This document shows, in pieces, positions 40,801-53,200 of a stretch of 64,000 bases of DNA. Numbering within the stretch: position 1 is the first letter of the stretch; every line of letters begins with the position of its first letter. The notes beneath the pieces were generated by a model, which had not been told where the DNA came from, searched no databases, and saw nothing but the letters and a program-made list of their open reading frames with translations. Origin of the DNA: Haplodiscus bocki. Its lineage: Eukaryota. Location of the stretch: positions 1,178,001 to 1,242,000 of the forward strand of contig OZ296649.1 in assembly GCA_965655095.1 (NCBI GenBank), read 5' to 3'. The position numbers and the translations under genes were made by a program.

Positions 40801-43800
40801 AAACAAACTATTGTCATTGCTTCGCTTTGAGGAAAAAAAGTAATAACCTCAATTAGACTCTACGAAACAGCCAAAAAGAAAAATTATTCTTATTTTGCTT
40901 GCAACAGACATGGAGATAACCTAAACATGATTAGTTCAAGTAGAAGATCTCCACATAAATCTCAAAAGTTAGCTCTAATGTCCTTTGTCTGAGATCTAAG
41001 GTAATTTCGAACAATTTGAAGGAAGAGCGAAATAATATTATTTGAAATAAGAAATAAACCAAGTGAAATTATGATTAAAAAATCAAAAACAGAGTTCGCA
41101 CGAAAATTCTTTTACTAATTTTATTTTTTGTGAATGATTACCTTCCCTTTGTTTTTGATGTTGTCTAGAATGATGACTGGTAATTACGATCAATTGATCT
41201 AGCTGTTCCCCGTGAAAAAGCACAACAACTGCAAGAGATTCAAGAAATTCCTTCGCAGAGCTCTCATGAAAATTCCTCGAAAATTTTGAATAATATTCCG
41301 ATAAGATAAAGACACTATCACCATAAAAGTTAACAATTCTTTTTGTCGTGAAGGACAATGGACGCATAGAATATGTCAAACTTAATGTTCTTCGATAGCT
41401 TGCTGAAAACAATCTTTACCTTTTTAAAAACAATCACTGGCAAATCTTTAGGAAAGTCATCACTATTGAAGTTTACATATTAACCAAGTGCCCTTTTCTG
41501 TCAATGAGAAATTGAATGAAGTTTTGGTGAACAAAAGCCAACATTCCGATACTTTTACAAATAAGAGTCTAAAAATATAATCTACTCGCAAATTTGATTC
41601 TACCGCGAAACGAAAAAATTTCATTGTTTCGATTTCTGGGACAAATCTAATAACCTTACCTAAACTCAAAGAAAGCCAAAGAAACAAGTCATTCTGATTC
41701 TGCAATCAAAGGACAAAAAGATAACATAAACAATATTAGTCCATGTAGAGGTTCACCACAAAAGCCGCACAAGAGATCTATTGACATTTCACTGAGTTGT
41801 AGCAATCCTTCGAGTGGTGTCAAGCAAGATTGAAAAGAGGTTATTTGAAAACTAAACTGAATCACATGAAATATGAAAAAAATATATATTACTAAATTTC
41901 TTTACTACTTTCAAATTTATGATTGCTTACGTTCCACTTGTAATTGATGTAGTCTAGAACAAAGACTGGTAAATACGATCAACTGGTATAGGTAATTCCT
42001 TTGGCGAAATTTAACCAAGCAGAAGAAATTCATGCACTTCATCAGAAGAACTCTCAAGATTTTTTTAAAACCATTTTGAAGAGATTGCGGTAAATGGTAT
42101 AAATTACCTTATCACCATAAGTTATAACAAAGTTTTCGTTGTCCTCAAGGGAATGCAACGTACAGAGTGTAGCAGTTTTAATAATTTTCAAACTTCGATA
42201 TTTCGCGAAACTCAAATCTTTACCAGTTTGAAAACATTTACTGGCAAACCCTAATGAAATCTATCAGCATTTATTTTTATATAATAGTCGAAAGCATTTT
42301 TCTGTTTTCGAAATATTGAACGAATTTTTAATGAAAGAAGCCAACATTTGCTTTGTGAGCAATAGTTTGAACAGACAAAATACATGCAAATTTGATTCTG
42401 CCTCAAAACAAACTAATTCCAATGTTTCGAGTTTTGGGAAAAAAACTAATAACCTTATCTTAAGTCACAAAAAAGCCAAAGAAACAAGTCCTTCTGATTC
42501 TGCAACAAATGACATGGAGAGATAACATAAACATGACTATGTCATGTAAACGTTTACATGAAAAACGCAAAAACGAGCTCTATTGACCTTTCTTTGAGCT
42601 TTAAGTGTATTTCAAAGTGGTGTGAAAGTATTTTGAGAAGATGTAACTTGAAAAATAGGTGGAATCACCTGAGTTTTTGACAAAAGCAAAATGGATGATT
42701 CAAAATTTTTTTCACTATTTTCAAATCTATGGTTGATTAGTTTCTCTTCAAAATTAATGCGGTCTAGAACAATGACTGCTAATTACGATCAACCGGTCTA
42801 TATTAAAATTGTCGCCTATTTTCACAACCAGAAGAGATTCATGCACTTGATCAACGGAAGTCTCATGAATGTTTCCTTAGTTTCTTGAAAAGATTCCGGT
42901 AAATAGGACAAAACACAAAATCATCATTAAATATAACAAAATCTTCATCGTCCTGAAGGGAATGCGACGTATAAAAAATGTCATCTTTACTATTATTCAT
43001 TTTCGATATCTGACTGCAAACGAATCTTTACCAGTTTGAAAACACTCACTGGCAAACCTCAAGAAAACTATCCGCACTTTATTTTAAATTTTAATCGAGT
43101 GCATTTTCCTGCAATTGGAAAATCGAAAGTGTTTTTGGTGGAAAAAAAGCGAACATTCCCATTAGAATCAATGGTTTGAAAAGACATTTTACACGCAAAT
43201 TTATTTCTGCTGCACAACAGACTAATTTCAAAGTTTTGAGTTTTGTGAAAAATTTTAAAACCTTATGATAACTCACAAAGATAGCCAACGAAACAAATCC
43301 ATCTGGTTCTGCAACAAAAGACATAGAGGTAACATAAACATGATTAGTCCATGTAAAATGTCACCGCAAAAACCGCAAAAGTGAGCTCTATTGACCTTTC
43401 TTTGAGCTCTAAGTGTATTTCAAGTGGTTCGAAAGTATATTGAAAAGATGTTACATGAAAAATAAGAGGAATGAAATGATATTTTGACAAAAGTAAACTG
43501 GATGATACAAAGTTTTTTTACTATTTTAAAACTATGGTTGATTTGGTTCTTTTTGTAATTGATGCGGTCTACATCAAGGACTGCTAATTACAATCAACCT
43601 GTCTAAATTATTCTTGTGGCCAATTTTAGCAACCAGACAATATTCATGCACTTCATCAAGGGAGCTCTGTTGACGATTTCTTTAGTTCCTTGAAGAGATT
43701 CCGGTAAATAGGATAAGACACAATACCAACGTTAAACAAAACAAATTCTTCATCGTCCTGGAAGGAACGCTACGTATAAAAAATGTCAATTTTACTGCTT

Positions 43801-46800
43801 ATCAATTTTCGACATCTGGCCGCAAACAAATCTTTACAAGTTTGAAAACACACACTGGCAAACCTTAAAAAATTATCGATATTTGATTTTTTATTTTAGT
43901 CGAGTGCATCTTCTATTGTTGAATAATCGAAGGAAGCTTTGGTGATTGAATGCCAACATTACCTTTTGAAGCATTGGTTTGAAAAGGCAATATGTACGTA
44001 AATTTGATTCTGCCGCGAAACAAACAGATTTCATTGTTTCGAGTAATTGGAAAGCAACTAATAACTTTATCTCAACTCACAAAAACAGCCAACGAAACAA
44101 GTCCGTCTGATTCCGCTACAAATGACCTGGAGATAACACAAACATGACTATTCCATATAAAGTTCACCACAAAAACCTCAAAAATTAGCTCTAATGACTT
44201 TTTCCTGAGCTCTAAGATTTAGTAAAGTAATTTGAATTATTATGAAAAAATGATGTTATTTGAGAAAAGAAATGAATCAAGTGATATTATGACAAAAATC
44301 GAGAATTATAATTTACACGAAAACTCTTGTACTAAATTGAATTTTACGGATGATCACGTTCCCTTTGTAATTAGTCTGGTCTAGAACGACGAACGTTAAT
44401 TACAATCAACCGATCTAGGTAATCCTTGGGAAAAATTACAACAACCAAAAAAGATTCATGAATTTGTTTTACAGAGCATCCATGACTATTTGTCGAAATG
44501 CTTGAAAGAAATTCCGTGGAATATGATAGAAATACTATCACCAAAGAAATTAACAATTTGTAATTCGTCATGAAAGAGAATGGGCGCATAGAATATGTCA
44601 AACCTAATATTTTTCGATAGCTTGATGAAAACAACCTAAATCCTTCTGAAAATATTCGCTGCCAAACTCTTAAAAAATTCATCATTTTTGAAGTTTTTAT
44701 ATTAACTACAGTGCTTTTCTCTACTAATGGAAAATTGAACGAAATTTTTGTGAATAAAAGCCAACATTTAAAAACAATGGTTTGAAAATAAAATCTACAC
44801 GCAAATTTGACTCTGCCGCAAAACAAACCAAAATCAATGTTTCGATTTAGGGGACAACAACTAAAAACATTATCCAAACTCGAAAAAAAGATAGCCAGAA
44901 TAACAAGTCGTTATGATACTGCAATCAAGAGACATAGAGATAACATAAACATGATCAGCCCATGTAAAAGTTCACCACAAAAACCGCAATAAAAGCTATG
45001 TTGAACTTCTTTTGAGCTTTGAGGGTGTTTCATGTGGTGTGAAGGTATACTGAGTTGAGGTTTTTTGAAAACTATATTGAATCACATGATGTTATAACAA
45101 AATAAAAAAAGACAAAACAAAAATTTTTTCAAATAATTTCAAGCCTATGGATATTTCCGTTCTCTTTGTAAATGATGTGGTCTAGAACGATGACTGGTGT
45201 TTGCAATCAAACGGTTTCGGTGAATCTTGTATCAAAGTTTCAACAACCTGAAGAAAATCTTGCACTTCATCAGCAGAGCTCTCCAGACTTGTTTTTCGGG
45301 AAATTGGAGACAGTGCGAAAAATGGGATAAAACACACTATCGTGATAAAAGAAAACAATTTCTTCATCGTCCTGAGGCAAATGCGACGTATAGAATACAT
45401 CCATTTAACTTTTTCATTCTTCGATATCTCACCGAAAACAAACTTTTACCAGTTTGAATACATTCACCAGCAAACTTTCAAAAAACTGGCTTTAAATTCA
45501 CATATTAGTCGAGTCCAATTTTCTCTTTTAAAAAACTGGAAGGAAAATTTGATAAAAAAATGCAACGTTCCCTTGGAAAACAAAAGTTTTAAAAAGCAAT
45601 ATACTCGCAAAGTTGATTCTGCTGCGAAACAAACTATTGTCATTGCTTCGCTTTGAGGGAAAGAAGTAATAACCTCAATTAGACTCTACGAAATAGCCAA
45701 AAAGAAAAATTATTCTAATTTTGCTCTCAACAGACATGGAGATAACCTAAACATAATTAGTTCAAGTAGAAGATCACCACATAAACCTCAAAAGTTATCT
45801 CTAGTGTCCTTTGTCTGAGCTCTAAGGTAATTTCGAACAATTTGAAGGAAGAGCGAAATAATATTATTTGAAATAAGAAAAAAACCAAGTGAAATTATGA
45901 TTAAAAAATCAAAAACAGAGTTCGCACGAAAATTCTTTTACTAATTTTATTTTTTGTGAATGATTACTTTCCCTTTGTTTTTGATGTTGTCTAGAATGAT
46001 GACTGGTAATTACGATCAATTGATCTAGCTGTTCCCCGTGAAAAAGCACAACAACTACAAGAGATTCAAGAAATTCCTTCGCAGAGCTCTCATGAAAATT
46101 CCTCGAAAATTTTGAATAATATTCCGATAAGATAAAGACACTATCACCATAAAAGTTAACAATTCTTTTTGTCGTGAAGGACAATGGACGCATAGAATAT
46201 GTCAAACTTAATGTTCTTCGATAGCTTGCTGAAAACAATCTTTACCTTTTTAAAAACAATCACTGGCAAATCTTTAGGAAAGTCATCACTATTGAAGTTT
46301 ACATATTAACCAAGTGCCCTTTTCTGTTCATGAGAAATTGAATGAAATTTTGGTGAACAAAAGCCAACATTCCGATACTTTTACAAATAAGAGTCTAAAA
46401 ATATAATCTACACGCAAAATTGATTCTACCGCGAAACGAATAAATTTCATTGTTTCGATTTTTGGGACAAATCTAATAACCTTACCTAAACTCTAAAAAA
46501 GCCAAAGAAACAAGTCATTCTGATTCTGCAATCAAAAGACAAAAAGATAACATAAACAATATTAGTCCATGTTGAGGTTCACCACAAAAAACGCACAAGA
46601 GCTCTATTGAAATTTCACTGAGCTGTAACAATCCTTCGAGTGGTGTGAAGCAAGATTGAAAAGAGGTTATGTGAAAACTAAACTGAATCACATGAAAAAT
46701 GAAAAAAAATCAAAATACTAAATTTTTTTTACTACTTTCAAATCTATGGTTGATTACGTTCGACTTGTAAGTGATTCAGTCTAGAACAAAGACTGGTAAA

Positions 46801-47200
46801 AGCGATCAACTGGTTTAGGTAATTCCTTTGGCGAAATTTAACCAACCCGAAGAGATTCATGCACTTCATCAATAGAACTCTCAAGATTATTTCTAAACCG
46901 TTTTGAAGAGGTTGCGGTAAATGGTATAAAACACCTTATCACCATAAGTTATAACAAAGTTTTCGTCGTCTTCAAGGGAATGCAACGTACAGAGTGTAGC
47001 AGTTTTAATAATTTTCAAACTTCGATATTTCGCGAAACTCAAATCTTTACCAGTTTGAAAACATTTACTGGCAAACCCTAATGAAATCTATCAGCATTTA
47101 TTTTTATATAATAGTCGAAAGCGATTTTCTGTTTTCGAAATATTGAACGAATTTTTAATGAAAGAAGGCAACACTTGCCTTGTGAGCATTAGTTTGAACA
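31860..47200 (+). repeat. HOR block 3: 6-mer units of ~4.83-4.84 kb in two different monomer compositions
   Basis: ORF pairs 32552/37392, 34281/39122, 35000/39842 and 36240/41083 are 4840-4843 bp apart; pairs 41083/45909 and 42316/47143 are 4826-4827 bp apart. Monomer order from landmark variants is A-B-C'-C-D-E-F-B-C'-C-D-E-F-A-B-C-D-E-F. Confidence 0.92.
42542..42561. other. Perfect 20-bp palindrome tcatgtaaacgtttacatga, overlapping the 7-bp-arm inverted repeat acatgac-tat-gtcatgt (42531-42547)
   Basis: Read directly; the 20-mer equals its own reverse complement. Confidence 0.95.
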
Positions 47201-50200
47201 GACAAAATACATGCAAATTTGATTCTGCCTCAAAACAAACTAATTGCAATGTTTCGAGTTTCGGGAAAAAAATTAAAAACCGGATATTAAGTCACAAAAA
47301 AGCCAAAGAAACAAGTTCTTCTGATTCTGCAACAAATGACATGGAGAGATAACATAAACATGACTATGTCATGTAAAAGTTTACATGAAAACCGCGAAAA
47401 CGAGCTCTATTGACCTTTCTTTGAGCTTTAAGCGTATTTCAAAGTGGTGTGAAAGTATTTTGAGAGGATGTAACTTGAAAAATACGTGGAATCACATGAT
47501 TCTTTGACAAAAGCAAATAGATGATTCAAATTTTTTTTCACTATTTTCAAATCTATGGTTGATTAGTTTCTCTTTGTAATTGATGCGGTCTAGATTAATG
47601 ACTGCTAATTACGATCAACCGGTCTAGAATAAATTTGTCGCCAATTTTCACAACCAGCAGAGATTCATGCACTTGATCAACGGAGGTCTCATGAATATTT
47701 CTTTAGTTTCTTGAAGAGATCCCGGTAAATAGGATAAAATACAAAATCATCATTAAACATAACAAAATCTTCATCGTCCTGAAGGGAATGCGACGTATAA
47801 AAAATGTCAATTTTACTGTTTTTCAATTTTCGATATCTGGCCGCAAACAAATCTTTACAAGTTTGAAAACATTTACTGGCAAACCTTAAAAAAATTATCG
47901 ATCTTTGATTTTATATTTTAATCGAGTGCATTTTCTATTGTTGAATAATCGAAGGAAGCTTTGGTGATTGAATGCCAACATTACCTTTTGAAGGAACGGT
48001 TCGAAAAGGCAATATGTACGTAAATTTGATTCTGCCGCGAAACAAACAGGTTTCATTGTTTGCAGTAATTGGAAAACAACTAATACCTTTATCTCAACTA
48101 ACAAAAACAGCCAACGAAATAAGTCCGTCTGATTCTGCTACAAATGACATGGGGATAACATAAACATGACTATTCCATGTAAAGTTCACCACAAAAACCT
48201 CAAAAGTTAGCTCTAATGACTTTTTCCTGAGCTCTAAGATTTAGTCAGGTAATTTGAATGATTATGGAAAAACGATGATGTTATTTGAGAAAAGAAATGA
48301 ATCAAAAATTATTATGACAAAAATCGAGAAATAGAGTTTACACGAGAACTCTTTTACTAAAATAAATTTTATGGATGATCACGTTCCCTTTGTAATTAGT
48401 CTGGTCTAGAGCGATGAACGTTAATTACAATCAATCGATCTAGGTAATCCTTGGGAAAATTTACAATAACCAAAATAGGTTCATGTATTTCTTTCACAGA
48501 GCATCCATGAGTATTTGTCGAACTGCTTGAAAAAAATTCCGTGGAATATGATAGAAACACTATCACCAAAAAACTAACAATTCGTGTTTCGTCGTGAAAG
48601 AGAAAGGGCGCATAGAATATGTCAAACATATTTTTTTCGATAGCTTGATGAAAACAACGTATATCATTCTGAAAATTTTCACTGGCAAACTCTTAAAAAA
48701 TTCACCATTTTTGAAGTTTATATATTAACTGAGGGCTTTTCTCTACTAATGGAAAATTGAACGAAATTTTTGTGAATAAAAGTCAACATTTAGAAACAAT
48801 AGTTTAAAAATAAAAACTACACCGAAATTTGACTCTGCCGCAAAACAAACCAAAATCAATGTTTCGATTTAGGGGACAACAACTAAAAACATTATCCAAA
48901 CTCGAAAAAAAGATAGCCAGAATAACAAGTCGTTATGATACTGCAATCAGGAGACATAGAGATAACATAAACATGATCAGCCCATGTAAAAGTTCACCAC
49001 AAAAACCGCAATAAAAGCTATGTTGAACTTCTTTTGAGCTTTGAGGGTGTTTCATGTGGTGTGAAGGTATACTGAGTTGAGGTTTTTTGAAAACTATATT
49101 GAATCACATGATGTTATAACAAAATAAAAAAAAAGATGAAACAAAAATTTTTTCAAATAATTTCAAGCCTATGGATGTTTCCGTTGTCTTTGTAATTGAT
49201 GTGGTCTATAAAGTTGACTGGTGTCTGCAATCAAACGGTTTCGGTGAATCTTGTGACAAACTTTTAACAACCTGAAGAAAATCTTGCACTTCATCAGCAG
49301 AGCTCTCAAGACTTATTTTTCGGCAAATTGGAGACAGTGCGAAAAATGGGATAAAACACACTATCGTGATAAAAGAAAACAATTTCGTCATCGTCCTGAG
49401 GCAAATGCGACGTATAGAATACAACCATTGTACTTTTTTCATTCTTCGATATCTCACCGAAAACAAATTTTTACCAGTTTGAATACATTCACCGGCAAAC
49501 TTTCAAAAAACTGGATTTAATTTCATAAAATAGTCGAGTGCAATTTTCCCTTTTAAAAAACTAGAAGGAAAATTTGATAAACAAAATGCAACGTTCAGTT
49601 TGAAAACAAAAGTTTTAAAAAGCAATATACTCGCAAAGTTGATTCTGCTGCGAAACAAACTATTGTCATTGCTTCGCTTTGAGGGAAAAAATTAATAACC
49701 TCAATTAGACTTTACGAAATAGCCAAAAAGAAAAATTATTCTAAGTTTGCTTTCAACAGACATGGAGATAACCTAAACATGATTAGTTCAAGTAGAAGAT
49801 CACCACATAAACCTCAAAAGATAGCTCTAATGTCCTTTGTCTGAGCTCTAAGGTGAATTCGAACAATTTGAAGGAAGAGCGAAACAATATTATTTGAATT
49901 AAGAAACAAACCAAGTGAAATTATGATTAAAAAAACCAAAAAAAGAGTTCGCACGAAAATTCTTTTACTAAATTTATTTTTTGTGAATGATTACCTTCTC
50001 TTTGTTCTTGATGCTCTCTAGAATAATGACTGGTAATTACGATCAACCGATCTACCTGTTCCCCGTGAAAAAGCACAACAACTACAAGAGATTCAAGAAA
50101 TTCATTCACAGAGCTCTCATGAATATTCCTGCAATTTTTTGAATATTATTCCGATAAGATAAAGACACTATCACCATTAAAGTTAACAAATTTTTTGTCG

Positions 50201-53200
50201 TGAAGGACAATGGACGCATAGAGTATGTCAAATTTAATGTTCTTCGATATCTTGCTGAAAACAATCTTTACCTTTTTGAAAACAATCACCGGCAAATCTT
50301 TAGGAAAGTCATCACTATTGAAGTTTATATATTTACCAAGTGCCATTTTCTGTTAATGAGAAATTGAATGAAATTTTGGTGATCAAAAGCCAACATTCCG
50401 ATACTTTTACAAATAAGAGTCTGAAAATATAATCTACACGCAAATTTGATTCTGCCGCAAAACAAATAAATTTCATTGTTTCGATTTTTGGGACAAATCT
50501 AATAACCTTACCTAAACTCAAAAAAAGCCAAAGAAACAAGTCATTCTGATTCTGCAATCAAAAGACAAAAAGATAACATAAACAATATTAGTCCATGTTG
50601 AGGTTCACCACAAAAAACGCACAAGAGCTCTATTGAAATTTCACTGAGCTGTAACAATCCTTCGAGTGGTGTGAAGCAAGATTGAAAAGAGGTTATGTGA
50701 AAACTAAACTGAATCACATGAAAAATGAAAAAAAATCAAAATACTAAATTTTTTTTACTACTTTCAAATCTATGGTTGATTACGTTCGACTTGTAAGTGA
50801 TTCAGTCTAGAACAAAGACTGGTAAAAGCGATCAACTGGTTTAGGTAATTCCTTTGGCGAAATTTAACCAACCCGAAGAGATTCATGCACTTCATCAATA
50901 GAACTCTCAAGATTATTTCTAAACCATTTTGAAGAGGTTGCTGTAAATGGTATAAAACACCTTATCACCATAAGTTATAACAAAGTTTTCGTCGTCTTCA
51001 AGGGAATGCAACGTACAGAGTGTAGCAGTTTTAATAATTTTCAAACTTCGATATTTCGCGAAACTCAAATCTTTACCAGTTTGAAAACATTTACTGGCAA
51101 ACCCTAATGAAATCTATCAGCATTTATTTTTATATAATAGTCGAAAGCGATTTTCTGTTTTCGAAATATTGAACGAATTTTTAATGAAAGAAGGCAACAC
51201 TTGCCTTGTGAGCATTAGTTTGAACAGACAAAATACATGCAAATTTGATTCTGCCTCAAAACAAACTAATTGCAATGTTTCGAGTTTCGGGAAAAAAATT
51301 AAAAACCGGATATTAAGTCACAAAAAAGCCAAAGAAACAAGTTCTTCTGATTCTGCAACAAATGACATGGAGAGATAACATAAACATGACTATGTCATGT
51401 AAAAGTTTACATGAAAACCGCGAAAACGAGCTCTATTGACCTTTCTTTGAGCTTTAAGTGTATTTCAAAGTGGTGTGAAAGTATTTTGAGAGGATGTAAC
51501 TTGAAAAATAGGTGGAATCACAAGATTTTTTGACAAAAGCAAATAGATGATTCAAATTTTTTTCACTATTTTCAAATATATGGTTGATTAGTTTCTCTTT
51601 GTAAATGATGCGGTCTAGATTAATGACTGCTAATTACGATCAACCGGTCTAGAATAAATTTGTCGCCAATTTTCACAACCAGCAGAGATTCATGCACTTG
51701 ATCAACGGAGGTCTCATGAATATTTCTTTAGTTTCTTGAAGAGATCCCGGTAAATAGGATAAAATACAAAATCATCATTAAACATAACAAAATCTTCATC
51801 GTCCTGAAGGGAATGCGACGTATAAAAAATGTCAATTTTACTGTTTTTCAATTTTCGATATCTGGCCGCAAACAAATCTTTACAAGTTTGAAAACATTTA
51901 CTGGCAAACCTTAAAAAAATTATCGATCTTTGATTTTATATTTTAATCGAGTGCATTTTCTATTGTTGAATAATCGAAGGAAGCTTTGGTGATTGAATGC
52001 CAACATTACCTTTTGAAGGAACGGTTCGAAAAGGCAATATGTACGTAAATTTGATTCTGCCGCGAAACAAACAGATTTCATTGTTTGGAGTAATTGGAAA
52101 ACAACTAATAACTTTATCTCAACTCACAAAAACAGCCAACGAAATAAGTCCGTCTGATTCTGCTACAAATGACATGGGGATAACATAAACATGACTATTC
52201 CATGTAAAGTTCACCACAAAAACCTCAAAAGTTAGCTCTAATGACTTTTTCCTGAGCTCTAAGATTTAGTCAGGTAATTTGAATGATTATGGAAAAAGGA
52301 TGATGTTATTTGAGAAAAGAAATGAATCAAAAATTATTATGACAAAAATCGAGAAATAGAGTTTACACGAGAACTCTTTTACTAAAATAAATTTTATGGA
52401 TGATCACGTTCCCTTTGTAATTAGTCTGGTCTAGAGCGATGAACGTTAATTACAATCAATCGATCTAGGTAATCCTTGGGAAAATTTACAATAACCAAAA
52501 TAGGTTCATGTATTTCTTTCACAGAGCATCCATGAGTATTTGTCGAACTGCTTGAAAAAAATTCCGTGGAATATGATAGAAACACTATCACCAAAAAACT
52601 AACAATTCGTGTTTCGTCGTGAAAGAGAAAGGGCGCATAGAATATGTCAAACATATTTTTTTCGATAGCTTGATGAAAACAACGTATATTATTCTGAAAA
52701 TTTTCACTGGCAAACTCTTAAAAAATTCACCAATTTTGAAGTTTATATATTAACTAAGTGCTTTTCTCTACTAATGGAAAAATGAACGAAATTTTTGTGA
52801 ATAAAAGTCAACATTTAGAAACAATAGTTTAAAAATAAAAACTACACGCAAATTTGACTCTGCCGCAAAACAAACCAAAATCAATGTTTCGATTTAGGGG
52901 ACAACAACTAAAAACATTATCCAAACTCGAAAAAAAGATAGCCAGAATAACAAGTCGTTATGATACTGCAATCAGGAGACATAGAGATAACATAAACATG
53001 ATCAGCCCATGTAAAAGTTCACCACAAAAACCGCAATAAAAGCTATGTTGAACTTCTTTTGAGCTTTGAGGGTGTTTCATGTGGTGTGAAGGTATACTGA
53101 GTTGAGGTTTTTTGAAAACTATATTGAATCACATGATGTTATAACAAAATAAAAAAAAAGATGAAACAAAAATTTTTTCAAATAATTTCAAGCCTATGGA

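Noticed and set aside
44371-44877. Longest ORF (168 aa, minus strand) as a protein-coding gene
   Set aside because: It lies inside monomer D. Homologous copies are split into shorter ORFs (34731/35000, 39543/39842) by homopolymer indels, the translation is F/L/S/I-rich as expected from T-rich DNA, and I recognise no domain.
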